DNA from: Haliotis rubra
Taxonomy: Eukaryota
DNA: 64,000 bases
Direction: 5' to 3'
NCBI RefSeq assembly: GCF_003918875.1
Contig: NW_025765814.1
Coordinates: 1,364,001-1,428,000, forward strand
Position 1 is the first letter of the stretch, and every line of letters starts with the position of its first letter. This document shows, in pieces, positions 12,501 to 27,400 of the stretch. Position numbers and translations under genes: made by a program. Below the pieces are notes generated by a model that made no database searches, was not told the DNA's origin, and saw only the letters and a list, made by a program, of their open reading frames with translations.

Positions 12501-15500
12501 GAATAAACTTTCAATCATTTCTTATTATCCACATTTACACCACAAACTTTAGACGACAGATTCCAAATGAGTTTTCTGTGGACATAAGCATATATCCACT
12601 TAATTGGAGCTCAATCTTATTGAGAACACCTGGCATCCCACTGACCTGGTGTCTGACAGTTCCTCCAGCCTCTCCCAGTTGTCCTCCGCCTCCTGTTGCT
12701 TCTCCTCGATGGACTTCACCATGTCGGGATGCCTCTTACGTAGTTTCACAGCTTGGGTCTCAATTTTCTGGAAATAAGATGAATTTGTAACAAAGCGAGC
12801 AGAACAATCAGATGATTATGTCATAATGAATGTGTCCTTTCGTTATCTGTCCTAACCGAAGAATTAGCTCACCTCCAACTGGTTCTGGAGCGCTGTCATG
12901 TCCCGTTCGATGTCCTCCTGCTTTCTCTGCAGCGCCTGCACACCTGCCAGATCCTTCCCAACATCCTCTACCGACAAAAGTGATGCCTTCTCATTAATAC
13001 GCTCGTTGACATCATCCACGTCCCGGTTGAAGGCATGCATCTCCAGGGCAGCCGCCAGTTTCACCTTGTAGTTGTTGAGGTCTCCTTGTAGGTCCTTCCA
13101 TCTGGGGTAAAGAGAGAGTGAGTGAGTGAGTTGAGTTTAATCCTGTATTAAATAATAGTTCTGGTATATCACTGTGTGCAAGCATAATGTGTTGAAACAT
13201 ATTTACTGTAGACATGTAACGCTTGGAAATCCATGCATTAGTCTGTGCTGACAGATTCTTTCCCTCACCAGTGAATCCAGGACTATCAAAGGGAAGTAAT
13301 TCCGTACATTGCATTGTGCCAGTTATGAACCCTGTGTCCATGTCTAGGAGGAAAATGTAACATAAGTTGTCAAGCTAATTGAGAAATAGATAGAAATCTG
13401 TTAATGAAGCTGTCTGTCCACTCACTGTTTGTTCATATTGTCCCGCCTCTGTTTGACCGCCTTGGTGTCTGTGCGTCCCTGGGACACGAGTCTGTCAGCC
13501 AGGTCATTGATGGCCTTGATACGCTTCTCGTCTACAGTAATGCCCTGCAACAAACATCCCGACATGGTTTCAACTCTAGGTATGCATAAATCTGTAGCTG
13601 GGTATTAAGCAGTGACTTCTTTATACAAACTCTTTAGGCCCCACTGACTTATCAGCCAGGATTCATTCAAGTTATTCTGGTGTCAACATGTTCCCATGAC
13701 TTGCATTCTGACAAATTCTTTAGAAATTATGTGAAGGAAAGGATGAGGATGACTTACAGCAGACTCCTGGTTGTTGACCTTCTTCTGCAGCTCCACGCAG
13801 TGCTCGTAGTCACGCCCCATGTTGCCTGCACTCACCAGGGTTTCCTGGGAGGACAAATAGGTATTGTGAGAGAAGCTTGCAGACTAGTCAACACTACTTA
13901 AATAATACAGGGAACACATACTCCAGATTGAATATCTAAATTACCATATGCTTGACATTTTTATGTTGATATTTTGTAATCACATTTAAAAATATATTTC
14001 AAGACACTATTTTCAATACTGCCTTGACAAAATCATAATGTTTGTTAAATTGACCAAAAAGAACCACAATAAGAAAACATGACTTGTTTTACAAAATTTA
14101 TACTGATGAACATTCAAAACAAGTAGTCTCATCTATAATGGCATTAATATTCAATGCATCTTTCATAATTGATATTTCCGTACAATTACAAATGTGTTCT
14201 ACTTAACTGACTAAACTTACTTGATTATCAACAGACAACCCATCTCACCTTTTCTCTGATCCACATTTCAACTCTGTCCACCTGCTCGTTGAACTCCAGG
14301 ATGTCCTTGGCCTCGCCCAGACCACGACCCCTGTTGGTGGAAGCCTGCAGCAGCTCGTTCCACTTAGCCGTGAGTGTCTGCAGGCACTGCCGGATATCTC
14401 CTGAAGCCTGGTGCCGCTTTTGTATGAGGAGATCTCCTTGCTGGGAGGAAGAACAGATCACAGTTAGCATGTGTATATTCTAAAATAGGTAAAATAACAT
14501 TCATGTCATGCCACTGATTTTCTACTCACGAATTTTGAATTTCTGGTTAAAAAGAATCGATGAACAAGATGTGAGCATGAATACACAATGTTCTTTAGAA
14601 AGTGGTCAAATGTAACACAAGTTATATTTGGGATTACTCTTTCTCAGTAAAGTATAGATTCTAATACTTTTGGGGGTGGAGTTCCATCCGGTATTTGAAC
14701 CCACACTCTCAGAGTGAGGCAACTGATCGCCAGCGAAGTGAGCAGTTTGAACTTAAGTCCACATTTAAATTATAGGACAAGGTACAGTAACATACATTGT
14801 AGATGTTTGCCACTAATGGAACAGAGACACAATGGCATGGAACTACAGTTGGTGGTAGAGCTGGCCCTGTGGCTGCACTCATGTTATCAGTGATTACAGC
14901 TGAGGCATTATGTGACTATAGGCATACCTCCTTGATCTTACTGATCCTGTCAGTGTTGGCCACAATCTCGGCCTCAAAAGCTTGATGCTTCTGTAGCTTC
15001 TTCATCTTGTCGTACAGGTCAGTGACGTCCTGGAAGTCGTCCTCATACGCCACCTTCAGCTTGTCGTCAATCCAGCCTTCAGCCTGCCACATGGGAGAGA
15101 CATTAACATCAAGGTAACATGGACGATAGTGGTGAGAGTTGGGTTTTATGCCACTCTGAATGGTATTCCAGTCACATCAGAGCATGTAATCCTAGCATGG
15201 GAGGAAAGCCCTAAGTAATGCAGGTATTAGACGGTTACCACTCTGGCAAAATCCACAGATGTAAACACACCAAGAAAATAAATTAGCAGAATTCAAACCC
15301 ATGAACACCCGTAAATATTGTGTCCCTAGATCTAAAAATATTCAAATACAATATCATCTTTTCTGCTGAATTGCACAAGGGTTATTTTTCTGCAATAAAT
15401 TTTCAAAAACTGTGGCCTTCTCTTATCATTTATAATTTCAAATGAATGTCACATGAAGCATGCCCTTGTCCATACTTTAAGATCATCGCAAAGTGCTACA

Positions 15501-18500
15501 ATATCCTCCATGTCGGACACTCGAGTCCTGTATGATCACAACAACTGTCTGTGGTTCTACAATACCCACACTGAGGGATAAACAGTAAACACCGTCTCAT
15601 GCACACAATGGACCAGTGTGTAATGGCCACAATGATGCTGACTCATCACAAATTTGTTAGGGCCCAAGGCATAAAGACAACTTAGTATATCTCATCATCC
15701 AGGTATCCCAGGACCAGTAACTCAAGTAGGCTTCATGCCATTAGGAGACTGGTGGTTTATGTGAGGTCCACTTTATGATGCTGCCTTGAAGAGACACAGT
15801 GACACTCACCTCAGCAACATCTCTGTTGAAGTTGGCATATAACATGTTGTCTGATATTCTGTTCTTTCTCTGGGAACTCAAATCTTTGATATGACCTCGT
15901 CTGGACAATAAATAATAAAAAAACGCAATGAATATCGAACAATGAAACTGTGGAAACTATGGCTAGAACATATCAGGATGTGGTGAGTCAATCTGTAAAT
16001 CTGCATGAGGTGTATAAGTGAGTGAGTTGTGTTCAAGTCCAGTTACATCACAGCATCTCAGTCGGATATGGAAAAAAAGCCTGCAGTGCAGTCTTGAGAC
16101 ATTTTGTTCCTGTGGTTCAACCAACGAGCAATGGTAGGTTTGATCCTGACAAACCTTGAAACATAATTGGGTGAACTAGAGTTCAAACCCTCAATCAGGT
16201 TTATGGCATAACCAAGGGCAACAACTCTGCACAGCGAAATGTGGCACCCTAGCGACTGAGTGAGTTTAGTTTTACGACGCACTCAGCATTATCCCAGCTA
16301 TATGGCAGCAGTATGTAAATAATCCAGTCTGCACCAGACAATCCAGTGATTAACAGCTTGAGCATCAACCTGCACAATTGGGATGCAGTAAAGTGTCAAC
16401 CAAGTCAGTGAGCCTGACCACCTGATCCCGTTAGTCACCTCTTATGACAAGCATGGGTTACTGAAGATTAATTCTAATCCAGATCTTCACGGGTTGTGGC
16501 ACCTTAGACCAATTGGGAATCAATGCCCTCCAACATAGTCATGACTATCGACATCAAAACACAAAGACTAATTTCCAGCTTATTGACATTATCCTTCTTT
16601 TAAATTAGCTTGACAATATGTTTGCTTCATAGTTCCACATTCAGTGAATAACTACATACCTCTGATTGACAGCAGCCATAGTTTTCTGTACAGTCTGAGC
16701 CTCGAAATGGTTGTCTGTCACCAGCTGTTGTCCGTGAGCTGTGACTGCTGACAGTTTCTCCTCCTGCGTCTCCAGCACCTTCTCAAACGCCTCGTGTTTC
16801 CTCAGGAGCCCCTCCACCTGCTCCACAGACTCTGCTGAGTCGGGACTGGCCAGATACACCTGTGACATGAGTGAGTGAATAAGTTGGAGTTTACGCCACT
16901 TTTAGCATGATTCCAGCAATAATCTGGTGGGAAACACCAAAAATGGGCTTCACACAATGTGCCCTTGTGGGGAAACGAACCCTGGTCTTCAGCTTGACAA
17001 GCAAATGCCCTAACCACTAGACTACTCCAACCTGTGACATGTTGCACAATGCAGATTGGAACATCACACAGAACTCACATCGGACACATCTCATTGTCAT
17101 GGATTTACAAGGGTTACCTCTTGGTTCACTGCTTCTAACAAATCACACTAAACATGACTGGGGGTGGTGACGGAAGACACTGTTTCATAAGGGACCGTTC
17201 ATAATTTATGGCTGTGGGGGTGGGTGGTGGTGGTGGTGGTAGGTGGGCAATGATTTTAAGGGGTGGGTGGGGGTGGGTGGGGGTGTTCACCCATTTTGTT
17301 CTGGTCATAAATTTTGTACACGCATTAGGGGGGTCATCAATTTTGTACACATGTACTTAGGGGAGTGGGGGTGGGTTCATCAATTTTGTACATAAAATAT
17401 TTTAAAATTACGCTTAGAAATTATGGGAGGAGGGGGTGTCATTGATTTTGTACATGACATGCAGGGGGGGGATCACTTATTTTGCACATAAATTTTAAGG
17501 GAGGTCATTCACATTGTATATGCTTCTCAATAAAATCATCATCTACCCCCCTAGCAATAAATTATGAATGGTCCCTAAAATAAGTTTAAAACAAAATCAA
17601 CTTTGAGTTATTAAATAAGCATGAAATGAATTCATTTTAATTATATAATTACAACTGATATATACTACAAAAAGAAAATAGAGAACAACAAGTTATTTTA
17701 TATTATAGACCATGACAGATTCAGATGTTCTTTAACTTCCCTTGAACAGTATATGTCTAGACTCATTAAAAAATATTTCATAAACTAGAGTTTCTCTACC
17801 TACCTCCTGGGATGAACTGAGAGTGTTAAGTTGCTCAGCATCGCGAAGGAAGATCTGGACATCATATAGCTGGTCGTAGTACTCCTTCCTCTTGTTCCAG
17901 GTGGCCACGAGCCGCTCCTGCATCCGCTGCACCTCGTTCACCTTGTCCGAAATCTGCTCATTGTAACATAGAAATAACTCAGTACAAAGAAGTATGCCGT
18001 CAGGAAATCACTGCAGAACATCAGTCAAGAGAAGTTATGAACTGGACAGAGGCTACCTTAAGCAACACTCCAGGCACAGCAAGCGCCACACTGTGTGGAG
18101 AATCAAACTCAGGTCTCTGGGATGACCAGCAAACACTCTAACCACAAAGCTACTCCACTACTTAATGGAGTCAGATTTTGCTTGTGGTAGCAAGTCCTTT
18201 GCTTGATGGAGGGTGTATCCAAACGTTGCATTGAAAGTATTAATAAATCCATTATTTATCTGTGTTCATTGATAATATATTCCACAGAAGACATTGTACT
18301 ACATCACCCATAACATGATGTAGAAGTTTGTTTGTTTGTTTGTTTGTTATTTAAGGCCTCACTGAACAATATTCCAGCTATACCACAGCTGTCGGCAAAT
18401 ATTAGAGTCTGGACCAGACAATCAAGTGATTAACAGCATGGGCATAGATCTACGCAATTGGGATATGGGACCAGACCCCGTTAGTAGTCTCTTACGACAA

Positions 18501-21378
18501 ACATGCGTTGTTGAAGACCAATTCTAACCTTGATCTTCATGGGATGAAGTGGAAGTAAAAGCCATAATATATACAGAATGAGAATTACCACAGAAAATGA
18601 TAACCTTCCATACTTCAAAATTCAGCTAAGTGCAACAAATCTAAAGTAACAACTAGCTGTGTCCGCAGCTAGTACTGACCTCTTCACTTGCATAGTGTCC
18701 ATTCTCTATCATGGCTAGTCCTGTGCCGATGACTGCGTCAAATGTGCTTCCTCTAGCGTCTATCTCAGCACGGATCTCGTCTTGTCGGGTACGCAGCAGG
18801 TCAGCGGCCTGTGCATCTCGCACAGTCTTCTCTGCCAGCATCTCTCGCTCCGTAGCCTTGGCCCAGCCGAGCAGGTCACGCACCTGGGATACAGATGGTA
18901 TCATACATTACAAACCTGTCCGACATGAAACAGTGCTTCCATACATTAAACAAACAATGGAAAACAAGGCCTCAGCATCACTGATGTGCACTTGTTGTAC
19001 CAGCAACATCTGTGATCAAGCCAGGAGAATTTTCCATTGCAGCCAACCCTACTAGTATCATGTTTGTGAGAACATAGAAATGTACAACTGAAATCTCTGT
19101 GCAATGACAATCCTCATATCATACAACCTCTTGGATTTATCTAAAATAAGTAGAGCAAACACTAGACCCTCTATCGTAAACTAAGGAATCATGAGCTCTG
19201 ACCATTAGTGCCACTGTAATCGAGTCATGACAGTTGAATTTAACATACCTTTAAGAACCGCTTTTAGCAATATTCCAGCCATATCATGGTGGGGTACACC
19301 AGAAATGGGCTTCACACATTTTACCCATGTGGGGAATCGAACCTGGGACTTCAGTGCGACGAGCGAATGCTTTAACCATTAGCATATCCCCAACCCCCAT
19401 TCCTTAAAGAACATGGCCTGGACAGTTGTAGAATGAATAAATGTCCAGGTTGGACCAGTGACAAAGTACAGACACTAAATGCAGCACTGCTGTGGTCTAC
19501 TTACAGAAGCGTTGAACTTGTGGAGGTCAGCAGCAGCCAGTAGCTGGCCCTTGCGGATCTCTGCCCTCTCCTGTAGGTGGCCCCAGTGGTCCACCACAGC
19601 AGCCTGCAGCTCCTCGATCTGGTCGGCATTTTCCCCGGGGTACGCCTCCTGCAGGCGCCCAGAGTCATCAATCAGGATCTGGAGCTGTTCATGTGGAGGA
19701 GAGAAGGGAACATTAGCTTATCTCAGAAACGCAAAAGATATCTTTAAAACATGAGTTTGTGTTGTAATGTTTGTGTGCATAAAGTGACCATGGCTGTAAG
19801 CTACTGGAATATCTACCTGAGCTTCAAGGGCAACCAGTTCATTCTCGAAAGCCTCGTGTTTCTTGAGGTACTTCTGGGTGGTGTAGTAGTCACGGCCTAG
19901 ATCATCAGGGATGCTGGACTCCTTCTCCTGCAATATATGCCTTCAGATACCTGACGTGTCTCATTCAAGTGGGGTCTTATTTAAAATAATTATTACAAGA
20001 AAAACTCCATGGATACCAGTCATCTGTGTTGGTGACAACCAGAAGTAGACATACAGTTGACAAACCAAGGACAAACATCATGCCAAGGCAAATCAGGAAT
20101 TATTTCAACAACTAGCAGATCCTGGTATTGCTAAGGGATGCAACTCTGCACATGGAAATTTGGTACCAGACAAATGGTCACTGACTGTATTGACAAGGTC
20201 AATAGCATGATCATCATACCAACAGTACTCATACATGTCGTTATTTGTGTCTGCCACTCTCCATTCATTTTCCTTACCTGAATCCTTGACAAAGCCTCCT
20301 CTACATCTCGGTTGAATCTATGAATGTCCTCCGCCCCCTGTAGCTTGGAGTCGCGGGACTCGATCTGCTCCAGCAGGGTGTTCCAAGCATCACGCAGGTG
20401 CTCCTGCCTCTGCTGCACCTGCACAGTGTGAGGTCCCTTGTCATCCAGGAGCCACTTGGCGAGGCGCTCACATCGATTGAATCTCTCAGAACCAGCCTCC
20501 ACCTTACGCTTAAACTCTTCAAACTTACTTTTCAAGATCTGTAGAAAAAAGACATAGAAATTAATGTAAATTGAATAATTTACACCATGAAAAAAGTTAA
20601 TCAAAGTTCTACCACTGAGCACTTTTGTAAGTAATTTGTCAGATAATCACTGTTTTAGTGGTGCAATTAATTTTTGTTAACAACCATGGATGATTAAAAA
20701 ACTTCACAGGTAACATTACCAAATATAACTTCATTCCATGTAACAACAGAAGGTTAATCACCTGAAGATGTTCGTAATCTTGGCCATATTCCTCAGAGCA
20801 TGCAGTTTGCATCTGCTCGTTGATCCACTCCTCGAACTCCTCACTCTCACGCATGTAGGCGTGGAGACTCTTGGAGTGTTCGAGGTTGCGCGTCCTCTCC
20901 GCTGCCAAGCGACGGAGCTTGTTGAGGTTGTCCTGGAGATTGTCCTGTAACAATAGATACTAAACTGTCTCTTTGGAAACTGGTGGAAATAGTGAAGACT
21001 GAAAAACATTCCTTGACAACTCAACATTGATGTCTATAAAAAATCTGATGAAATCCAAGAAACCTGGACATAACCCTATGTTAAAACTCTGAAACTTAAG
21101 ACTTCCAATAGCATGACTTCAGAACTTTGGTATCCTGGGTTATCTCCCCATTATGTCAGTGCATGTGATGCAGGCAGGGGAATACGGAGTATGGAGGTCA
21201 GCTGCTGTCCTCCACATCATCATCTATCATCCCAGAATGATTTGGACAGTGTATCTACTAAGAAAGAAATCCCCTGGACTAACCTGTCCCATGCATATCG
21301 TATGGTAAAGTTAGTGTGAGATGAAATTGGGTTCAAGGGTATTTTGCTCATGTACTGATTTGCATGCATGTGTGTGTG

Positions 21379-21410
<32 letters not shown>

Positions 21411-24400
21411 TGCGTGCGTGTGCTTGTACTGCTTGACCAGCTCCTGTTATATCCTTTAATGACAAGCGCCAGGTAGGGAAACAAAAAACGTCTTTCTACA
21501 CCCTTTGGTACATGGCCTGGGGATGGAACCACCAGCTTTCTGCGCTCCAAGCAGAGGCTGTATCCACTAGACCACGTCAACAGTCAGTATGTCAGTGAGA
21601 TGGTCAGTTTACCTGAGTCTTCTTCAGCAGAGATGGATCTGCTGATCCCAGCTTGAACAGCCTGGAGGACTCCTTGCCCAGGCTGGTAACGATTCCTGAG
21701 TATGTCTGAATGTCAGTTTCTAAAACCTGCAACAAAATAACTAACCATAAGATAACTGTTCTCAACACATTTACTCTTAAGATATTTTAGAAAAACATTA
21801 TGAAAGAAAAGAAGAGTATGACACATGATATGAAACCTTTGCCATCAAAGTCAGATTAAAATATTTGGTAAATGGAAATTGAAGGTCTTACTCCTTCACA
21901 TCATTCTAGATTATGAAGCTCTTTGTTCACTTAACAATGTATTCTCCGTGTGTTGACCCCATACCTTATTTTTGGCCAGCATCTTGTCTGCCGCATTCTC
22001 ATCCCTTCCATAGTCTGTGCTGGAGGCAAGGGACATCCTCTCGTTGATCCAGGCCTCGACCTCTGCCACCTCAGACAGGTACTGGAACAGTCATCAACAG
22101 AGTAAGGAATACATGAATACTTGCCTTACTTGGGTAATAATGAGTGATGCAACTTTCATCAATATTCCTGCAATATGAAGCTAGCCTGACAACAGTGTCT
22201 GACAGTATTGGCCAGTCTACCTTGTTGGTCCTGACTAAGAACAATGTCAGTTCTTATGATAAAATGTAGTACTGGGGACATGATCTAGCAGCAAGAATCA
22301 ATCATGTAATAAATGTATGGTCAGGGAAGCATTCAATCAAGGGTGGTGAAGAGTGGTCAGGGAGGCAATCAAGGGTGGTCAGGAGCTCAATCAAGGGTGG
22401 CAACCAAGGGTGGTTGGGGAGTCCATCAAGGGAGACAATGAAGGGTGGTCGAGGAGTCCATCAATCGAGGGAGGCAATCAAGGGTGATCATGGAATCAAT
22501 CAAGGGTGGTGAGGGAGTTTAATCAAGGGAGGCAATCTTGGGTGGTTAGGGAGTTCAATCAAGGGAGGCAATCTGGGTGGTCAGGGAGCTCAATCAAGGG
22601 AGGCCATCTGGGGTGGTGGGGTGGGGGTAATTAAGGGAGGCAATCAAGGGTGGTCAGGGAGTCAATCAAAGGAGGCAATCGGGTGGTTAGGGAGCTCAAT
22701 CAAGGGAGGCAATCAGGGGTGGATGGGGAGTCAAATAAGGGTGGTCAGGGAGCTGAAATACTGGAGACAATCAAGGGTGGTTGGAGAGTCAATCAAGGGT
22801 GGTCGGGGAATCAATCAAGGGTGGTGAGGGAGGCAATCAAGGGAGGTAATCTGGTGTGGTCGGGGAGGTAATTAAGGGAGGCAATCAAGGATGGTCAGGG
22901 AGTCAGTCAAGGGTGGTCGGGGAATCAATCAGGAGTGGTTAGGGAGGCAATCAAGGGAGGCCATCTGGGGTGGTCGGGGAGGAGTAATTAAGGGAGGCAA
23001 TCAAGGGTGGTCAGGGGAGTCAATCAAGGGAGGTCGGGGAATCAATCAGGGGTGGTTAGGGAGCTCAATCAAGGGAGGCCATCTGGGGTGGTGGGGGGGG
23101 AGGTAATTAAGGGAGGCAATCAAGGGTGGTCAGGGAGTCAATCAAAGGAGGCAATCAGGGATGGTTAGGGAGCTCAATCAAGGGAGGCAATCAGGGGTGG
23201 ATGGGGAGTCAAATAAGGGTGGTCAGGGAGCTGAAATACTGGAGACAATCAAGGGTGGTGGGGGAGGTAATAAAGGCAGCCAGTAGGAGACAAGGATACA
23301 TGGAGAGCAAGGAGTCTGACCTTCTGAGTTTGCAGCGAGATGTCAAGGTTCTTTTTCTTGTTCTTGGACTTCTTGAGGAGATCATCCCAGGACACCTGAA
23401 GCTCCTGACACTTGTCTCTGATGGGTTTGGAGGCAAAGTGTTTGTCATCGATCAGCTTGTCTCCGGTGCTCAAAACTTTGTCAATGCTTGGTTGGTGGCC
23501 TTGAATCTCACGGTCAAGATCCTGACAAGAATGACCAAATTAATTATTTCCACAGGAAAAAACTTTCTCATTAAATCTAATTTAAAAAATATATAACATA
23601 TTAATGTTAAGAAAGAAAATCAGGTTTTCATAGATTCATCTTGATGAAACATTGGTCAGTTTGAGTTTTTAATAATATATAGTAAACTGGTAATATTTAT
23701 GCCAATTTGGGACACATAAAATATGCCCAAACCATGCATTGGTTGAACATGTGTTGGTGCTGAGAGACCACACTGTACAACTGGTAAATATATAAACCTC
23801 ACGACACATACTGAACACTGAACGAGGAAATCTGCACCACATTTAAACAAAAGTTGGAAACATCACAAAACTGGCTCTCCCACCTGGTGTTTCTTGTGAA
23901 GTTTCTGGGCGTCGATGAGGTTTTTGCCCATGTCTTGTGATGCCGCTGCAGGCAGGTGCTCCTTGATCCACTGCAGCTCGTTATCCGCGTCGAACACAAA
24001 CTGGTGCAGCTGTAGCGACTCCTGCAGCTTCTGTTTGCGAGCTGCCACAGCTGGCTCCAGCTTCTTAAATCTGAGTGGCAAAGGCAGTTTAGTTTAACTC
24101 TGCTGCTAACAGTATTTGGGTCATGTCAGCTTAGTGAGGGGTACTAGACATTTTACACTTTGGTGAAACCGTGAAACATGGGTTTGCTGTTGACAAAGAA
24201 ATATTGTCAGGGTGAATCTTGTATTTGATCCCACACAGACAAGTTCCTAGTATGCTTAGGAATGCAACTCTAAAGGGGTGCAGCACCAGAGACCCTTGCC
24301 CCTCTTCAAAGTGAAGAGCAATGGCACTTCAAATTGTGAACACCATAATTATTCTAATGAGCTGATCCTACTAAACATAATACAATACAGTTTGTGACAA

Positions 24401-27400
24401 GCACTACTTCCTCTCCCCTCTCAATCAGGTGAGTATGGTGTCCATTTTAAATTTTGACACAAATTCTTAAAATTAGAACCAAAAAAGAAATACACGAATA
24501 ATTGATTATTCACAATGCTAAACTGTCCTCCATAATCCAAACTTGGAGCTTAAATACTTCCTTGAAATTCGAACAATATATTTATGGCAAGTTCACCAAA
24601 TTTTCTGCAGAATCAATGTTTGACTGAAAGTGACTAGATCAGCTACTACTAACCTTCTGTTGAAGGCGTCAACAGCTCGGATGATATCAGCAGAGTTGTA
24701 GTGACCTTTGTCGGCCATTTCCTTGCCCTGAGCCACAATTGTTTGAATTGTGCCGGAAAGAGTTGACAAGTCCGTTTCAAGATTCTGAAACGTAGCAAAA
24801 CATATTTCCGAAATGACTGTAAGCGTGATCTGATTCTGTGATCCTTTAAACCAAACTTTAAATCATCAGAAGTACATATCTATAGCTTTTAATGTTAAAA
24901 ACAGACAGAAAATATCGAACCTGATGTTTCATGAGCAGATTCTTGACTCCTCTCAAATCTGAGCCAACATCCGGGTTAGCAACAGACTTCTCCATTTCAT
25001 CGAGCTTAGCCTGCAAAGAGAAACACATTTGATGATATCATGCATCACAGAATGTTCAGCTGTTTTGCCTCTTATTAATAACTTTCCATCAAACATGTAC
25101 ATCAACATCAACTACATACCTGTGCATCCTCCAAAGCTCTATTGAGTGTCTGCTGCTGTGTTGCTTCGCGGAGTTTCCTCCCCTTGTCTGCTGCTTTCTC
25201 ATTCAAGTCTGCCCACTCCCTGTTCAGCTTCTCTGAGATCTCCTTGATCTCCGGAGCAGCGTAGTGACCATCACCAATCATCTTCTTTCCATCCTGGAAA
25301 CACAACTCTGATCATCAAACACTTGTACAAAGGATACCAAGCCCAGCTCATTTTAAGAACTTTCAAGTGCTAAAGGTAAGATAGTTTCTTGTTTTACTGA
25401 TCTTATTGGCCAATATGCCACAGGCAGGTTGTAAAATTAAACAAAATATATCAATTTTGAAGGTAATTAACACAAAATTGTCAAAATATGTCTTTATCAA
25501 TCAAAAACTGTACCTTTGTTTTTGAGTGTAGTTTGGTGGCTCTTCCACAAAATGATAATATCGTACAACCTTGCTAGCGACTGACATTTCCTCATCATTG
25601 ATTACTGAGGGTCTCACGTCAATATTAGTTGGTAACTAGTGTTTCCAGGTGTATCAGATTCACTGAAAACTTAACACTAATTCACCTTTTGGGTTAATAT
25701 TCAACGAAGTACATCATCAAATTTCACACTTTGAGCCAGAGATTCGCACATGCTGACCTGATTTAGAGCCTGCAGTCTGTCATTGTTTGACTTCAACTCA
25801 GCTTCGAACGCCTGGTGCTTCTGCAGCTTGGCCATGAGGTTGGACAGATCTTTGTAGGAGTCGTCTGTGGCTGTCTTGTACTTCTCCTTCATCCAGTCAG
25901 ACAGCTGTAACAGATAGATAGTCCTGCATATAGCCCATAGTGATAACAGATGCACAGTCAGAACATCCTTACTGCTCACTGGTCAGACCAAGGCAGCATC
26001 ATTGTATTGAAGTCATGGACCTATGTTCTTATTCAGTGAAGCTCATTAATTTCATTATAATATACCGGTAAGCATCATCCAAAACTGTCTGCTTTTCATG
26101 TTTATTTCCTTTTGGACGTGGGGGAACCTCCCATTAAATGTAAATCATTCATCTATTGTAACTTGAAAGATTGACAGCTCACCTCTTTTCCATCACGTTT
26201 AAACTCTTGGAATTTCTGAGCTTCCAACAAAGCCTTGCGACGATCAGCTGCTTTGTCCTTGACCTTGTTTCTTCGCTCAGCACCTGGTTACATCTCTTGT
26301 TAATACTGCAATGGATATAAATACACATAAAATATACACATACATATCACATTTAGCACAATCAAAACAGATTTTCTCAATCATCCGCTGACAAAGAACA
26401 CAAAGTTTGTCTGGAACTAAGGGGAGACAACTCACTGGTCTCTGTCTGGGTGTTTGTCCTGGATCAGGTTGTCAGCAAGGTCCTTAAGCCCTTTCACTTT
26501 CTCATCTTGTGCTTGGACTTTGCCTTCGAAGTCATCGTGCCTCCGCAGCAATGATTCCACATCTGCCATAGTGCTCTGAATAAAAACCCACAGCATTAAG
26601 TCAGCATGTCCAGCACAACCATTAGCAAGTTTCCTTATTCAAGGAATATAAGAAAGTGACAAATCATTGTTCTAGCAAAAGCGAAGATCTAAAACAAATA
26701 AAATTAAATTATTCAAACCAAAAAAAACTTTTCCTGAAACAAATGGAATCCTTAAATAAAATTTCAGTAAAATTAGTACCGAACATTTTTGTTATAACTG
26801 AGTTTTATCAAAAGATATTGGTACTATATGAATCAAAAGTAGGCATAAGTACACTGGGTTACACTTGATTCTTAGCTCCAGCAAGGACGTCATGAATATC
26901 AGTGGTACTAAGGTTTCCTTACCCCTCGGTCACTGTAATCCAGGAAGGCCTCGTGACCACTGGTGGTGGCATCGATGGTGTCTGCCTCCTTGTTGAACAC
27001 CTGAAGGTTGTAAGCATCTTGAAGCTGTTTCTGGCGCTGTCGGTAAAGCTCATCAATTGCTCGCTCTTCATCATCCAGACGCTTCAAGCGGTCCTTCACG
27101 TCCTGGGCATTAGGGTTCTTGGCAAGGACTTCTGCTCCCAAAGCCCTCAACTTGGCAAACCTATATGTGGCAATGTATATTAGTATTAAAAATTTGCTTC
27201 TGATATCTTCTCATTGTGATGAAGGATTTGTTTTCAAAAGAAATACATAAAACACACCTAACATTGCCACAGACAGTAAAATATAGTCAAAAATAACAAC
27301 TTACAGAAGTCTATCACTTTAGTGAAACCTACTGATAAACCCATGTGGATCTGGGATATAAACCCTTAACTCAGTCACTAGTTCGATACTAAAATCAAGT

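Noticed and set aside
22621-23596. Gly-rich plus-strand ORFs
   Set aside because: Translations of the minisatellite and the antisense of exon w25.
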